Assembly (NCBI GenBank): GCA_013265495.1
Contig: MU057560.1
Location: forward strand, 2,852,909-2,912,908
Direction of reading: 5' to 3'
Source of the DNA: Vicugna vicugna
Taxonomy: Eukaryota
DNA length: 60,000 nt
Shown: positions 37,436-49,770 of the stretch, piece after piece
Position numbering within the stretch: position 1 is the stretch's first letter
Layout of the letters: each line of letters starts with the position of its first letter
The notes under the pieces: model-generated
Database searches by the model: none
What the model saw: the letters and a program-made list of their open reading frames with translations, nothing else
Told to the model about the DNA's origin: nothing
Translations under genes and position numbers: made by a program

Positions 37436-39299
37436 GGAGCCCTGGCCCTGGCCTGTGTCCTGCCCACGGAGTCACGCTGCCTCCGTTCCTAGGAGAGAAG
37501 GCTTCCTGCAAGGTAACCCTCCCTCTGTGGCCCCAGGCTGCGTGCATGTGAAGGGCTGGTGGGTCAGACGGCTGTGTAGACCGTGGTCCACAAACTGCAT
37601 CCCTGTGGTCACAGCTGCCCGCTCCCTGACCTCTGCGCCTCACTCCTCCGTCCCCACGTCCTGCCCTGAGGTCCCCACCCCTTCCTCCTCCAGGCCCTCA
37701 TCCATCCGGGCTCCTCTTCCTTCTGCGGCTCTCCTCTCTGCTGGGCTGCCCGGCCCCACCCTGGGGTTAGAGAAGACAGACAGAGAAGCTCCCAGTCCTG
37801 TCCTCAGGGGGCCGGGCCTGTCCAGCGGAGTCTGTGGCCCCCTGGCCACTGCCCTGCCTTCCTGCAGGACTTCTCTCCAGAGGCCCAGCTTCGGTCTCCT
37901 GAGACCAAACCAGGCAGTGTCAGGTCCACAGGGGATTTCAGGGTCACCCAGGCCCACGACCCATCATCCAATGGACAAAACTCACGCACGTTGACCCACA
38001 GCCACCTCACCCCTTCCCAGTGGGGTCAGTGTGAGACTGTGGGCTGCACTCAGGGTCCCCTCACAGCCCCTGCGCCCAGCCCAGCGCTCCTTCCTCCCCA
38101 CCTCCTTCTAGAACTCTGTCCCCTCCTCCTCTCCCTTACATGCTCTGTCTCTGGGGCCTCCTCCTACCATTTGGGTCACTTGTCTGCCCTGATTTCCATC
38201 CTGGAAAGCTCCTCCAGGTGAGGGTGTGTCTCGTCTGGTGCGTTTCTCCTGCCAGAGAAGGACATGCCGCCATAGGACAGAGCATCAGTGCGGCCTCGTG
38301 AGGCCCGTCCCCGGGCTGAGGTCACTGGATGAGTCAGGGCACAGCGCCCCCCCTTGCATGTGCGCAGCACTGCACAGTTTACAAAGTCGCCCCCTCCGAC
38401 CCCACTAAGCTCTTGGGAAACATTTGTCTCACTGCAGTTTGTGCCGGTGATGTAACTGAGGCTAAAGGTGCAGGAAGTGGGAGAAACAAAATTCCGAGCC
38501 AGCCGTTCTCTCTGAGCTCACGTCTGTTCCCATTTAACAGCTCCTGGGACGGTTTAATTTCTGAACGTTTTCCGCGGGATCCTGTACGTCACCTCCGCTG
38601 AGCACAAACACAGCTCACAGATCGCACCTTCTCTCATTCCTAGACAGAAGCTTCTCTAGTTTTTCTTCTCTTTACTCTTTCAGAATGTTCCTCCCTTTAA
38701 AAAAAAATTTTTTTTAAACTGGATTAAAAAATTATGAACTAGAAAATCACTAGGATAATTTCAAATCCTTGTATAAATGGACATTTCTATTAGTATTTTA
38801 TGTCAAAACATACTTGAATCTTTGAGTTTTACTTCTGTGCTGCCTCGTCAGAATTTAAATTAGGTGGAAGAACTTGGAAAGTGCTAACACAGGCCAGGGG
38901 CCTCGGCGGTGGGCTTTCTGCTCTGCTTGAGAGTAGAGCGCAGCCGGCTGCTCGGCAGAGCGGGTCCCCGTCACGTCGCTGGGTCATCCCTGCCGGAAGG
39001 AGACACGCCTTCCCTCTCATTTCCCTTCCCCTTGGGGGCTCCCTGGCTGAGGCAGGTGTGGATCCTCTAGGAGCACCCCTCCAGGCCGGTCACACACACA
39101 CAGCCGAGGATACAGAACGGACCACAAACGTGAGCCCGACAGCCAGACAGGAGGCGCCAGGCCCGCCGAAGGCGCAGGGCACTCAGCCTGGCGGGGCACG
39201 GGGAACAGGGTGGGCACCTGGCGGGCAGCTGAGAGCCGCTGGGCGGTACAGGTGGTGAGGAAGACACCCGGGCTGCAGGCGCTGGCCTCTGTCTGCATG

Positions 39300-39955
39300 G
39301 CTGTGGGATCACCTACATTTAGCACCTCTGCTTGGGAAAAACACCACCAGCAAAGGGGGAAATGAGACAATACTCACAACAGATAAGCTGTGTAGAGGGG
39401 TCAACACCTCAGACATGCAGAGACCTACTTCACGTGGATGGGAGAACAGACAGAGGGTAAGATGGAGAACTTCCCAGCAGAAGGGAGGCCAGCAGCCAGG
39501 AGACACTGACCCTCGTCCGTGGTCGGGGATGGAGACACGTGCGGGCTGGAGAGTGTGACAGTGACTTCACTCGGCGGAAACAAAAGACCAGGGAGCTGTG
39601 GCGATGGGCACAGACATACGTTACCAACAAGGGCATGCACCCTTACATTTTCTAACAGCAACCTTTTAAGAAAGCCATATCGGGAAATACGCACAAGGAT
39701 GTGCGTGATCTGGGTCGCACCTCTTCTTCGCTGGAAGAAAATGAAATAGAAGAGCGTAACTATCCATTCGTAGGGGAGCTTCCGGGGATGGTTGGATAAA
39801 CGATCACATACACATTCTGGGGTGTATTATGCAGCTATGCAAAAAATGAGTTTACTCCACAGGCATTGACCTGGAGAGAGAGCTGTGATTTTTAATAAGT
39901 GAAAAATAGCGATTTACAGGAGAGTTTGTGTGTATGGGAGCCGGCTTTTGTAATC
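39300..39955 (+). mobile_element. Ancient L1 (L1ME-like) 3' fragment
   Basis: cacaaggatgtg..tatccattcgtaggggga..tggttggataaa..tattatgcagctatgcaaaaaatgag..aataagtgaaaaatagc. Confidence 0.6.
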
Positions 39956-40354
39956 AGTAAACACCTGGGGGGCAGCGGCTCTGCGCCTCACGTTTCAGGA
40001 GTGAAGAGAGCATGGCCTCCTCGGGCGGAGGCAGGCGGCTGGAGGAAGAGGCTCTGCTGCTTTGTTGCCACTGCTGAGCTGGTGGCACTGTCTTTTGATT
40101 TATTTTCCCAACCAATAACGTAGAAGAAGTAAAGAAAAGAAAGGCAGACACTTCTGAGACTCGAGGAAGTCACAGGGAACCTTTCTGGTTCCTCAAGCGT
40201 CCTGCATGCTGTACACACAGTGGGGTGACGAGGGGATAGGCGTCGACGGGGAGGTGGCAGTGACTCAGGCTTAACAGGAGAGGATTTGAGCTAGGGGTGC
40301 CCAAGGAATCAGGAGCAGTAGGAGGAGAATGAATACCACGGCAAAGAGCAGAAT

Positions 40355-41541
40355 GGGACAGGTGATGCGACAGGTGATGGGACAGGTGACGGGATAGGTG
40401 GTGGGACAGGTGGTGGGACAGGTGACGGGACAGCTGTTGGGACAGCTGACAGGACAAGTGGTGGGACAGGTGGTGGGACAGGTGACGGGACAGGTGGAGG
40501 GACAGGTGATGCGACAGGTGATGGGACAGATGGTGGGACAGGTGACGGGACAGCTGTTGGGACAGCTGACAGGACAAGTGGTGGGACAAGTGGTGGGACA
40601 GGTGACAGGACAGGTGGAGGGACAGGTGATGCGACAGGTGATGGGACAGATGGTGGGACAGGTGACGGGACAGCTGTCGGGACAGCTGACGGGACAAGTG
40701 GTGGGACAGGTGGAGGGACAGGTGGAGGGACAGGTGATGGGACAGGTGGTGGGACAGGTGGAGGGACAGGTGGAGGGACAGGTGGAGGGACAGGTGATGG
40801 GACAGGTGGTGGGACAGGTGGTGGGACAGGTGGGGGGACAGGTGGAGGGACAGGTGGTGGGACAGGTGGTGGGACAGGTGACGGGACAGCTGACGGGACA
40901 GGTGGTGGGACAGATGGTGGGACAGGTGACGGGACAGCTGTCGGGACAGCTGACGGGACAGGTGGTGGGACAGGTGATGCAACAGGTGGTGGGACAGGTG
41001 GTGGGACAGGTGACGGGACAGGTGGAGGGACAGGTGATGGGACAGGTGATGCGACAGGTGGTGGGACAGGTGGGTAGATGGTGGGACAGGTGGAGGGACA
41101 GGTGGTGGGACAGGTGATGGGACAGCTATCGGGACAGCTGTCAGGACAGCTGACGGGACAGGTGGTGGGACAGGTGGTGGGACAGCTGACGGGACAGGTG
41201 GTGGGACAGGTGACGGGACAGCTGTTGGGACAGCTGACGGGACAGGTGGTGGGACAGGTGATGGGACAGGTGATGGGACAGCTGACGGGACAGGTGGTGG
41301 GACAGGTGATGGGACAGCTGACGGGACAAGTGGTGGGACAGGTGGTGGGACAGGTGATGGGACAGCTGACGGGACAGGTGGTGGGACAGGTGGATGGACA
41401 GGTGGAGGGACAGGTGGTGGGACAGGTGGACAGGTGGTGGGACAGGTGATGCGACAGGTGATGGGACAGGTGATGCGACAGGTGATGGGACAGATGGTGT
41501 GACAGGTGATGCGACAGGTGATGGGACAGGTGGTGGGACAG
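40355..41541. repeat. 12-bp minisatellite (VNTR), consensus GGGACAGGTG(G/A)T, about 99 units
   Basis: Directly visible tandem array; unit variants include gggacagctgac, gcgacaggtgat, gggacaggtgga and gggacagatggt. Confidence 0.98.
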
Positions 41542-44241
41542 AGAAACAGGAAAGGGAAAAGCCACGTGTGACTTCAAGGTTTCAGATGGAAGGAGCGGCC
41601 CCTGCACCTGCTCAGTAAATGACCGCTGAGAAACAGTGGGCTGAGGGCGGGATTTTACCGGGTTCCCCCCACACGCACCCAAGAGCTTACAAAACAGGGA
41701 GGGGCTTATTCTTACCATAACGCATAGAAACAAGTGTAACAAAGAGTTTACTAAGCATGGAGGGGACAGAAGTCAGAGCAGTAAATAACCTTGAGGCAGG
41801 AAGAAACGGCGTAGCTCCGGGGAGGGCCCCCGGCCGGACGGAAACACGCGAGGAGGGTCCTCAGATGAACTTGCTGTGCGATGGTGAACGTCTGGAAGCA
41901 GCCAGAAGTGTGGATCCTTCAGCGGCCCGTCCAGCCCCCGCATCCCACACCTCCGGCCTCCACCGCCCACGGAGGCCCTGATGGTGGATGTGGGGTCTGG
42001 AGCCGGGACAGGAAACTCTCCCTACAAAATAGCAGGAAATCCCACAACGGTCACGTGTCGTAGGTCCAGCTTCTCCTTGACCCCTCAGAGGCCCCGGGAC
42101 CTAGAGGTTCCACTTTGCTGTCCTCAGACTCAGTCCTCAAGGGCTGAGGTCCCTGGACCAGAGCAGGGAGGCCCAGGGAGGCCTGGGAAGGTACCCAGGC
42201 CGCAGCCCCAGGCAGTCTGGACGCACGGTCAGCACTGTCAGAGTCCGTCTTCTGAGCCAGCGGGGACCAGGCCGAGAGCAGAACGGTTGCCCGAGGGCTC
42301 GGCAGGGGTCACACACGAGGTCGGGTGGACCTGGGACCCCAGGTGGCAGGGCTGCTTCACCAGCCAGCTGTGGTCGAGAGAAATTGAGTGGTGTTTCCAG
42401 TGGTGTTTGCAGAGGCCGGTCCCAGAAAAACCAGGATTCAGCTCTGGGTGCAGGCCCTCCAGACGTGGGGTGGTAGCCCGACGTGTTAGGAGTTCGGAGC
42501 ACCGCAGGGCAGCTCCGGGCGGGGTGCCGGCTCGCTGGCCCCGGGGTTCGTGCGGGGTTCCGGCGCTCCGCGTTTTCTCCTGGGACCGGCTCAAGGATGA
42601 AGCAGCAGAGAAGTCGTTAGAAACACACTCAGAGTCAGAAGATCAGACTTTTGATGCAGACACAGGCTTATTTTCTAACTTTCCCACCTGGGGTGAAGGA
42701 GCAGCAGCTGTTTTACTCAGAAATGTCGTCGTATTTGGAGGGAACACAGTGGGGAATTTCACCTGAAGTCCTGGAAGTTCCACACTCAGAAGTAAACATC
42801 CCTGAGCGGCCGAAAGCACAGGCTAAACGTGAAGGGAGCTCCAGCGATGGCCGTTAACCCCGGGTGACCCATCGCAGCGGTCGGCATCTTCACCGCTCCC
42901 CGCCACGGGCCTCCCCGCCGTCCTGAGGGGCAGTGCAAGCTGAGAAGCAGGGCTTCGTGGGTGTGAAACTGCTGGATCTCCCCTTATCTGAATGAAATTG
43001 CACGCCGATTCTTTTGTTAAAACCTCACCTGCTGGTCATCTTGGAAGCCTTTGAGATTTTGCTTCAGTTTCAAATGTTCCGTTAGGCCCCAGGCTCCAAG
43101 TTGGTTGTGAACAAAGGAAGCCTAGAAGGCCCTGACAGGCAAGTCCCCTGTGGCATCTTCTGAGGTCCTATGAGGTTTGCTAGGGGGCTTGTCAGAACCT
43201 TCCAGGGGGACGTGGCCAGTCACGCGCAGACCTACCCTGTTCTTCTGCATAACGTGCACCTACGAGGGTCACATGCCTCTAACCAGAGCCTTCCTTCCCA
43301 AATTCTGAACTTTCTTGTCACAAACTGCAGAGGAAGTGAACTGTGCGCACCTAGCACTTCAGGGTGTCCCCGTCTTCTGCCAGAAGGCAGCCCTGGCCAC
43401 GCTGGGCGTTCGGCAAAAACAACCCCATATGCACCTGTCAGGGGAGCGGTCGGCTCGCTGCTCAGCTCTGCCAGCCCCTCTGACACACACACGGGGATTC
43501 TCCTGCCACGCGGGTTTGCTGTGTGTGAATTACTCATGTGTCGTCGAAATATTCCGGGCACAAACACGCTGGCACGGATCCACCTGCCCAGCAGTGTGTT
43601 CCTGCAGCTTAAGGGGAAGGGTGGACAGACAGGGGCTGCTTCAGGGTCCTGCCCGAAAGCTCCCGCTCGGATGGTCTTGGGCAAATCACACCTGTGAAAG
43701 AAGTGTAGAAAGATACCTCCTTGCAGAATCGTGCGAGGATCACACAGGCCGTGGTTGGAAAGACTTGGTAACCCCTAGTGGCCATGAGCAAAGGCCTGTG
43801 TCCCTGGAAAGCATCTTGACAATTTAGACCAAGGTGGACACAATTGTAGCCCGGGAACGAGGCCACCGTGAGGGTAGCCCCCAAGGTAAAATGCGTCCTC
43901 CTGTGAGACCCACCCCCTCCCCACTAACCCCCGGTCAGGTCAGACGGTTCAGCTGCGAGGAGAACCCAGACACCGTGTGTGCGTGCTTCATTCTCGCAAG
44001 CCCCAGTGCTGTCTGCAGCACTACTGGGACAGAGCACAGCTCAGATCGGCCCCGATGCGTCCAAATCAGTCTTCCCCCTCCTGATGCAGTCCCCCCAGAT
44101 CCCGGTCTGCTTCATTTTTAAGCAGCACACTTAAATCGCCTGACCCTCCCGGCGGCGCCCCTCTCAGAGGGAAATGGGTTTAAGACACTGTCCGAAACTG
44201 CTGGCCCGGGATGCACGCTGACCGCCTTCCTCTCTCCCCAG

Positions 44242-44296
44242 ATGGAGGTGGACACCGAGGAGAAGCGGCATCGCACGCGGTCCAAAGGGGTGCGAG
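44242..44296 (+). CDS. MYT1L: MYT1L first coding exon (55 nt), MEVDTEEKRHRTRSKGVR(V)
   Basis: Translation matches the MYT1L N-terminus I recognise. Branch-like CTGAC at 44218-44222, pyrimidine tract and AG at 44240-44241 lie directly before the ATG; donor GTACGT at 44297. Confidence 0.97.
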
Positions 44297-44459
44297 GTAC
44301 GTCCGGGCTTCCCGGCCCCCGGGCCCTGTGCGGGCTCCCCTCCGCCCTGCAGAAGCCGGCTGCGCGGTGCGCTCCGAGCCGGCCTTTGAGCCGCGCTCCC
44401 GGGGTCTCCTGCGGCGGGCCCCCCGTGGACGGTGAACTGTCTGTTCCCTCTCTCCGCAG

Positions 44460-44493
44460 TGCCCGTGGAGCCGGCCATCCAGGAGCTGTTCAG
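44460..44493 (+). CDS. MYT1L: MYT1L second coding exon (34 nt), (V)PVEPAIQELF(S)
   Basis: Acceptor ttccctctctccgcAG, donor GTGAGC at 44494. The phase-1 join with the previous exon keeps the frame; the preceding intron is 163 nt. Confidence 0.97.
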
Positions 44494-44723
44494 GTGAGCG
44501 CGCTGCGGGCGGGGGGCCCCATGGGCGGGCACGCAGAGAGCCCGCCGGCCAGTGGAGACCGTGCCCTCGGCTCCGGGCCCAGGCCCTGCACCCCCGCTCT
44601 CCTCCTTCCGGTTTCCAGTCCTGTCTGTCTGTCTGTGTCGCCTGTTCTCTCTCCGACACCGAAGAGGTTCTCGGGGCCCCTGCCCACAGCACCCCAGTGA
44701 CTCACCCTCCTTTCTCCTTGCAG

Positions 44724-44786
44724 CTGCCCCACCCCGGGCTGCGATGGCAGTGGCCACGTTAGCGGGAAATACGCGAGACACAGGAG
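44724..44786 (+). CDS. MYT1L: MYT1L third coding exon (63 nt), (S)CPTPGCDGSGHVSGKYARHR(S): first CCHHC zinc finger lacking its last Cys
   Basis: Acceptor cctttctccttgcAG, donor GTAAGG at 44787. CPTPGCDGSGH is the MYT1/NZF-family finger signature; the preceding intron is 230 nt. Confidence 0.97.
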
Positions 44787-47700
44787 GTAAGGCCTGGCTT
44801 TCGTGCCTGCTGTCTGGGCGCCTCCTGCGGGGCAGAGTTGGGGGGTGATGGGGACTCCGAGTGTCCTGCTGGCCTTCTCTCTGCGGACGAGGGCTTGGCT
44901 GTTGGTCTCTGGCTGGGCCTTCTAAATGCCTCTTGAGGCGGAATTCACCTCACACATCAGACGACCCAGATGAGGTCCAGCCTCACACGCTGGCCCACGC
45001 GGGGACACAGTGCTCCACGCACACAGCTGCTGGGAGCCACCCCGCCCCCTGGTCCCTGGGAGGGTGTGTCCCTCCACCCCGTACTTCCCCCTAGGAGCTC
45101 AGGAACCCCAGGTGGTGACTTGCAAGCTTCCTCCCTGGCCTTTCTGCAGGGGCTCAGCTCGTCCTGGGGGAAGAAGCCCCCACTGGCGCCGGGGCAGCTC
45201 CCGGGAAGGCTGCGCAGGAGGGGGTGTACGGGACACATAGGCCCCTGAGGCTGGGGTCCCAGACGATGGTGCCCTAGACACTGGGCTCCAGGTCCGTGGG
45301 CTGTGATGGCGCGGGAACGCCTAGACCGCAGGCGGGCGGGGGGATTATTGCAAGATGAACCTAGGCAGAATCATGGCGCTCGCCCAAGGCCGTGAGGCGC
45401 CTGCCGCTCGGGCTCCAGACTCACGCCCCCAGGGAGCGTCTCCCCGCATATCAGCGCAGCTTCGCGGTTCAGTGGAAGGCTGTGGTCACGATGCGTGAGA
45501 AGCATTTACAGGCTACCGCCCACCCCTAGCTAATTCCCACAAAGCAGGGTGTGAGGACCAAGGTCGTGCGGCCCCGCGCGCCAGCGGGAGCCAGGCCACG
45601 CGGCCTAAGCGGAGGCTGAGCGGGTGCACCTGCAGCCCTCGGGTGACCTTCCTTCCCTGCTCTTCCCTTTTCAGCTGAACACTGATTTCTGGGTGAAATC
45701 AAGCAATTATTTTGATTGTCCTTTAGTAAAATCAAGAGAAAAATTACAAACGAGTCCAAAATCCCCAGGCTAGCTTTTAAAGAGGCAGGAATTTGTAATG
45801 GGCGTCCTCGAAGAAATGGTTTCATGCCAGAAAAAGGACAGGCCACTCTGAAGAGTATTTTGTGGTTTAAATGATTCTATTTAATTTATCATATTATTAT
45901 TTGTATTCTGTAAAACAGTAAACTGTTGAATGATGTCATTTAAATAAGTGGTTTATTTTAAGTCTTTGTTATTTTATGAAGGCGTACGTATGGAGATTCA
46001 TTTAAAAATCCAGGTTTTAAAAACTGGATTCTTCGTGTTTACAGCGGAAAAGAAGTCAGCCAACCAGGAGAGAATGTCTTCCCCTAACCACCTCTCGATT
46101 AGTCAACACTTAAACATTGTTGTGTTGCTATTAGAGGAAACGATTGCGTTTGGCTAAAAAGTTTTAATGAGAAGTCAGGTAGTGTAAACGAGGTGTCACA
46201 ACCACGTTTTTCCGGGGGAAGTGGGGACACTCCCACCCAGCTGTTTCAGGCGTTTGCGTCTCCACCCGAGGTGAGCCCGTTGAGCCGGGACCGATGGGCC
46301 TGTGCGGTGCGCTATGCACGCAGCTGTTGGTGAGGTCGCCTCCCTGCTCACAGAGTGGCACTGAGGCTGGGAAGACCGTGAAGACAAGCAGGCTCGCCTC
46401 TGAGCCAGGATGCTGGTGAGAACACAGCTCCTGAGTCTTAGAGGCACTCAGTGGATGGAATTTGAGAGAGCATACAGAGAGGCAGCCAGACTGGAAAATT
46501 CTACCACAGAAAGTCTACCTTTTTAATTTAAAATAATGTATTTTTTATCATGAGACGTGGGGAATGCAGTGATTGGAGTTCTCACTGTTGTAGCAGGAAG
46601 AGCGTACGAGGAGACACCCTGAGTACCATGGAGGAGCGCTTCCCGGGACACAGACGTGGCTCCAGCCGCCACCCCCGATGCCACTGATGGCCCCAGGGGC
46701 TTTGGGCAAGTCAGTGAACCTGTACTGCCTTCAGTGTCCTCAGTGTTCAAATGACAAAGTCGCAGACTTTGCTATGTAAGCTCACAGCACTCGGACTTAT
46801 GTCCCAGATGGCCTTCTCGCTGAGGGGTCCCCTGAGGCTTCCTGGCTTCTGTGCTGATGTCCACATATGACCAGGAACTCTAGCTAAGGGCTGACAGTTG
46901 AATTTCTCAGACTGGAAAAGGGCCCCTTGGAGGAGATGAGGCCCGAGCACACGTGGGCGCCCTTTGACGCTGCTGCATCAGATTTGTGAGATCTCAGCGA
47001 TACCTGGCTTTGCTTTTCTCTATTTTAAAAGGATTTCCTGAACAAAGTTTACCCCCTCGGACAGCTGCTCACACGCCTAAATACCTGCAGGCCGCCCCCC
47101 AAACACACGCAAGTGCCACCTGCTCTCACCTGGTCCCTGCCGCGACGCGAGCACACGAGCCCCTGCACCATGACAAGAGCGCGGCCTCAGCTCCGGCCTT
47201 GATGAAATCTCTCGTTTCTTTGTTTCTTCAACGTTAAATTGCTCGATGAATGTCTTCCTGTTAAGCCTGTAGTTTCACTTGACTCACACGTCTCCCCAGT
47301 TCACAGCGGAGTGAAAGGCGTGGTTTTAGTATTTTGACGTATCCATTTATTTGAATGAGCAAAAGTCAGTCTGAGGCAGGTGTGGGGGATCAACAGTGTA
47401 TGAAATTAAAATTAAGATGGTTAGGAAATTTGACACCCAGGGGTCAGACGCGGCCACCAGTTAGCCTTTGTTGGAACAAGGCAACGTCCAGGGACGGCAG
47501 ACAGCAACCACAGTTCCAGGGCAACGTGTGTCACCTCGGAGGACGATCACGGCTGGCCTCGGTGGCTGCTGCTTCCACAGGGAGTTGGCTTTCCACGGTA
47601 GCTGCTGGCACTGATGGCTTTCCTTTCCCAGTGTAATCGAGGGAGGGTTGTGGACTTGTAAGAAACCGGGAGGAGAGGGTGGGGCCCATCGGCCGCAGGC

Positions 47701-49295
47701 TCACCCCTGTGAAAGGAGCCGATCGTTGACTTCCCAGGGAACTCACAACTCAAGGTCCTGGTTAGAGGCTGAGGGGTAGGAGTTAACATTACGAGACTTA
47801 CTTTATCGGATGGTCTACCTTACTTGAAAATTGTGTCCTTGAATGAACAACAGTCTGTCCACGGGTGTTTGTGTTCATGGTTCACAGACAATCAGAGGTG
47901 GCTGATCAGCACACGCACAACAGCACAGGTAAGAGTCAAATCAGAGAGAGCAATTAGGAAACGCATAAGGGAAATGGAAGCACAGCTCTACCAGAGCCCC
48001 AGGATGTGTGTAGTTTAGTGTCGCTCTGAGCCTCCTGGCAGTCAAGGTAGAGGCGAGCAGGACGGGTGAAGGAACTCCCGGCGTCTGACGCTGACCCACT
48101 CCAGGCCCTCGGAGAAGCTGCCTCTCTGGGCACTGAAGATGGGTCTTTTTGGCTCCTGCACACTGACCAGCAGGGATCCAAGCTCAGTCAACACTTTTGT
48201 GCCCTGAGACGTGTCAAGCCTGTCAAGTAGCTAACATCACCAACCTTTATCTTCAGAACCATCATGAGGCTTTCTATTATTAGCACACACGTGGAGCAAA
48301 AGCATCATGGAGTTTGCATTCGGGCCAGGAAGTGAGTCTCCTGTCTGAGCCAGAATGCTCACTCAGTCCTCTCTGTGCCCAGCGAGTCTGGCCTCTGCCT
48401 TCCACGTGCTTCTTCCGTCTCATCGCCGCACACCTGGCCCTGCTGGCCCCTCCACTCTCCTCTTACTGATACCTATGAGTAGCTGGAGACACGTACATAT
48501 CGCAAACATGGGGGCCGATCCTAGCTTCCTTTGCAAACTAACCCTTTGTCACGCTAAGTGAGTCTTCCAGGCGTCCTGGAACCTGCCTCTCCCATCACCG
48601 CCTTCCCAGTGTGCAGGCAGGCTTGTGAGCCGAAGGTGTTTAAAACCCCTGTGGCTGAACTAAGAGCGTTTCCCACGGGCGTGTTTTCAGTGTGGATGGC
48701 GGGCAGGAAGATCCAGAGCACTCGGAAGCCACAAAGGTGGAATTCAGGGAGTTGCTGGGCTGTGGGTCAGCTGGCTGGGAGGCTCCAGGCAGGCGAGGTG
48801 TGAAGTGCGCAGATCCAGCTGGAAGCTACGGGCTTGGAGCCGGCAACGCAGGGCCAAGTGCAGGGCGTCCCGGCCACGGAGCTTCTAAACACCAGGTCCT
48901 GAGCTGGGGGGCGTCTCAGGAGGGGCAGCCCCCAGCAGAAGGGGGACCTCGTAAGGCGGAGACGTGGGGAGGACAGGCCACATGACACTTGACCTATCAT
49001 TGCTTCTGTTTGGTTCAAGTCCCTGAAGAAGAGATCGGTTCTTAACCCGGAGAATTACACGAAGGACACTAAGATGACGGCCAAATGTGGAAAGTCAGAA
49101 CATTTCTGCAAAAACGTACTCTTGAACCTCTGACTAAGAATGAACGTTCTCGGGCCTTCCAGTCACAAGCTGTTTCTCCCCGTGCGGATGTAAGGTGCTG
49201 TTGGTGTGAGGACACAGTGCAAGGTGAAGTTTAAAGGGGCACTTACATGGACACGAGGCATCGTCAGAGTCAGGGCCGGCTTATTATTCTTAGAG

Positions 49296-49770
49296 TTTTT
49301 TTTTAAATGTTTTACTGAAGTGTGGTTGATTTACAGCGTCACGCTGGTTTTGGGCACACAGCAGTGACTCAGTGACACTCACCGACACACGTGTGTTAGG
49401 AGGGGCTGGATTTGCTCTGGCTGGCGGCGTGCATCCCTTCTTCAGATGCTTCCCATTTCGTTCTTTCTCAGACTCTTCCCTTACGGTTTATTACAGGAAA
49501 CTGAACACGGCTCCCTGTGCTGTGCAGTAGGTCCTTGTTCATCTATTTTATACATAGTAGTCAGAATCTGCAAATCCCGAGCTCCCAATTTATCCCTTCC
49601 CACCCCCTTCCCCCCTGGTAACCGTAAGTTTGTTTTTTATGTCTGTGAGTCTGTTTCTGTTTTGTAAATAAGTTCATTTCTGTCGTATTTTAGATTCCAC
49701 ATAGAAATGACATCACATAGTACTTGTCTTTCTCTGTCTGACCGACTTCATTTAGTATGATAATCTCTCA
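49296..49770 (-). mobile_element. Cetartiodactyl-type L1 3' end carrying a ~65-bp foreign insert
   Basis: ttttactgaagtgtggttgatttaca..ctccctgtgctgtgcagtaggtccttg..aaataagttcatt..tagattccacata..gacttcatttagtatgataatctct. Confidence 0.9.

Larger units (their letters stand above)
44140..44830. promoter_or_regulatory. CpG-rich island over the first coding exons, with CpG-rich patches continuing to ~45650
   Basis: Dense CpG in the exons and in both short introns. Confidence 0.65.

Noticed and set aside
40355..41541. CRISPR-like or telomere-like array; RBPJ site array
   Set aside because: No unique spacers, mammalian context, and the unit is not TTAGGG. GTGGGAC mismatches the RBPJ core GTGGGAA.
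40170..41742. Long ORFs of 477, 270 and 239 aa (PPVP, HHLS and QVVG repeats)
   Set aside because: They are translations of the 12-bp minisatellite, which lacks stops in several frames; there is no gene structure around them.
44242..44700. 152-aa ORF as a single-exon protein
   Set aside because: Only the first 18 codons match MYT1L; the rest is read-through of a GC-rich intron past a good donor at 44297.
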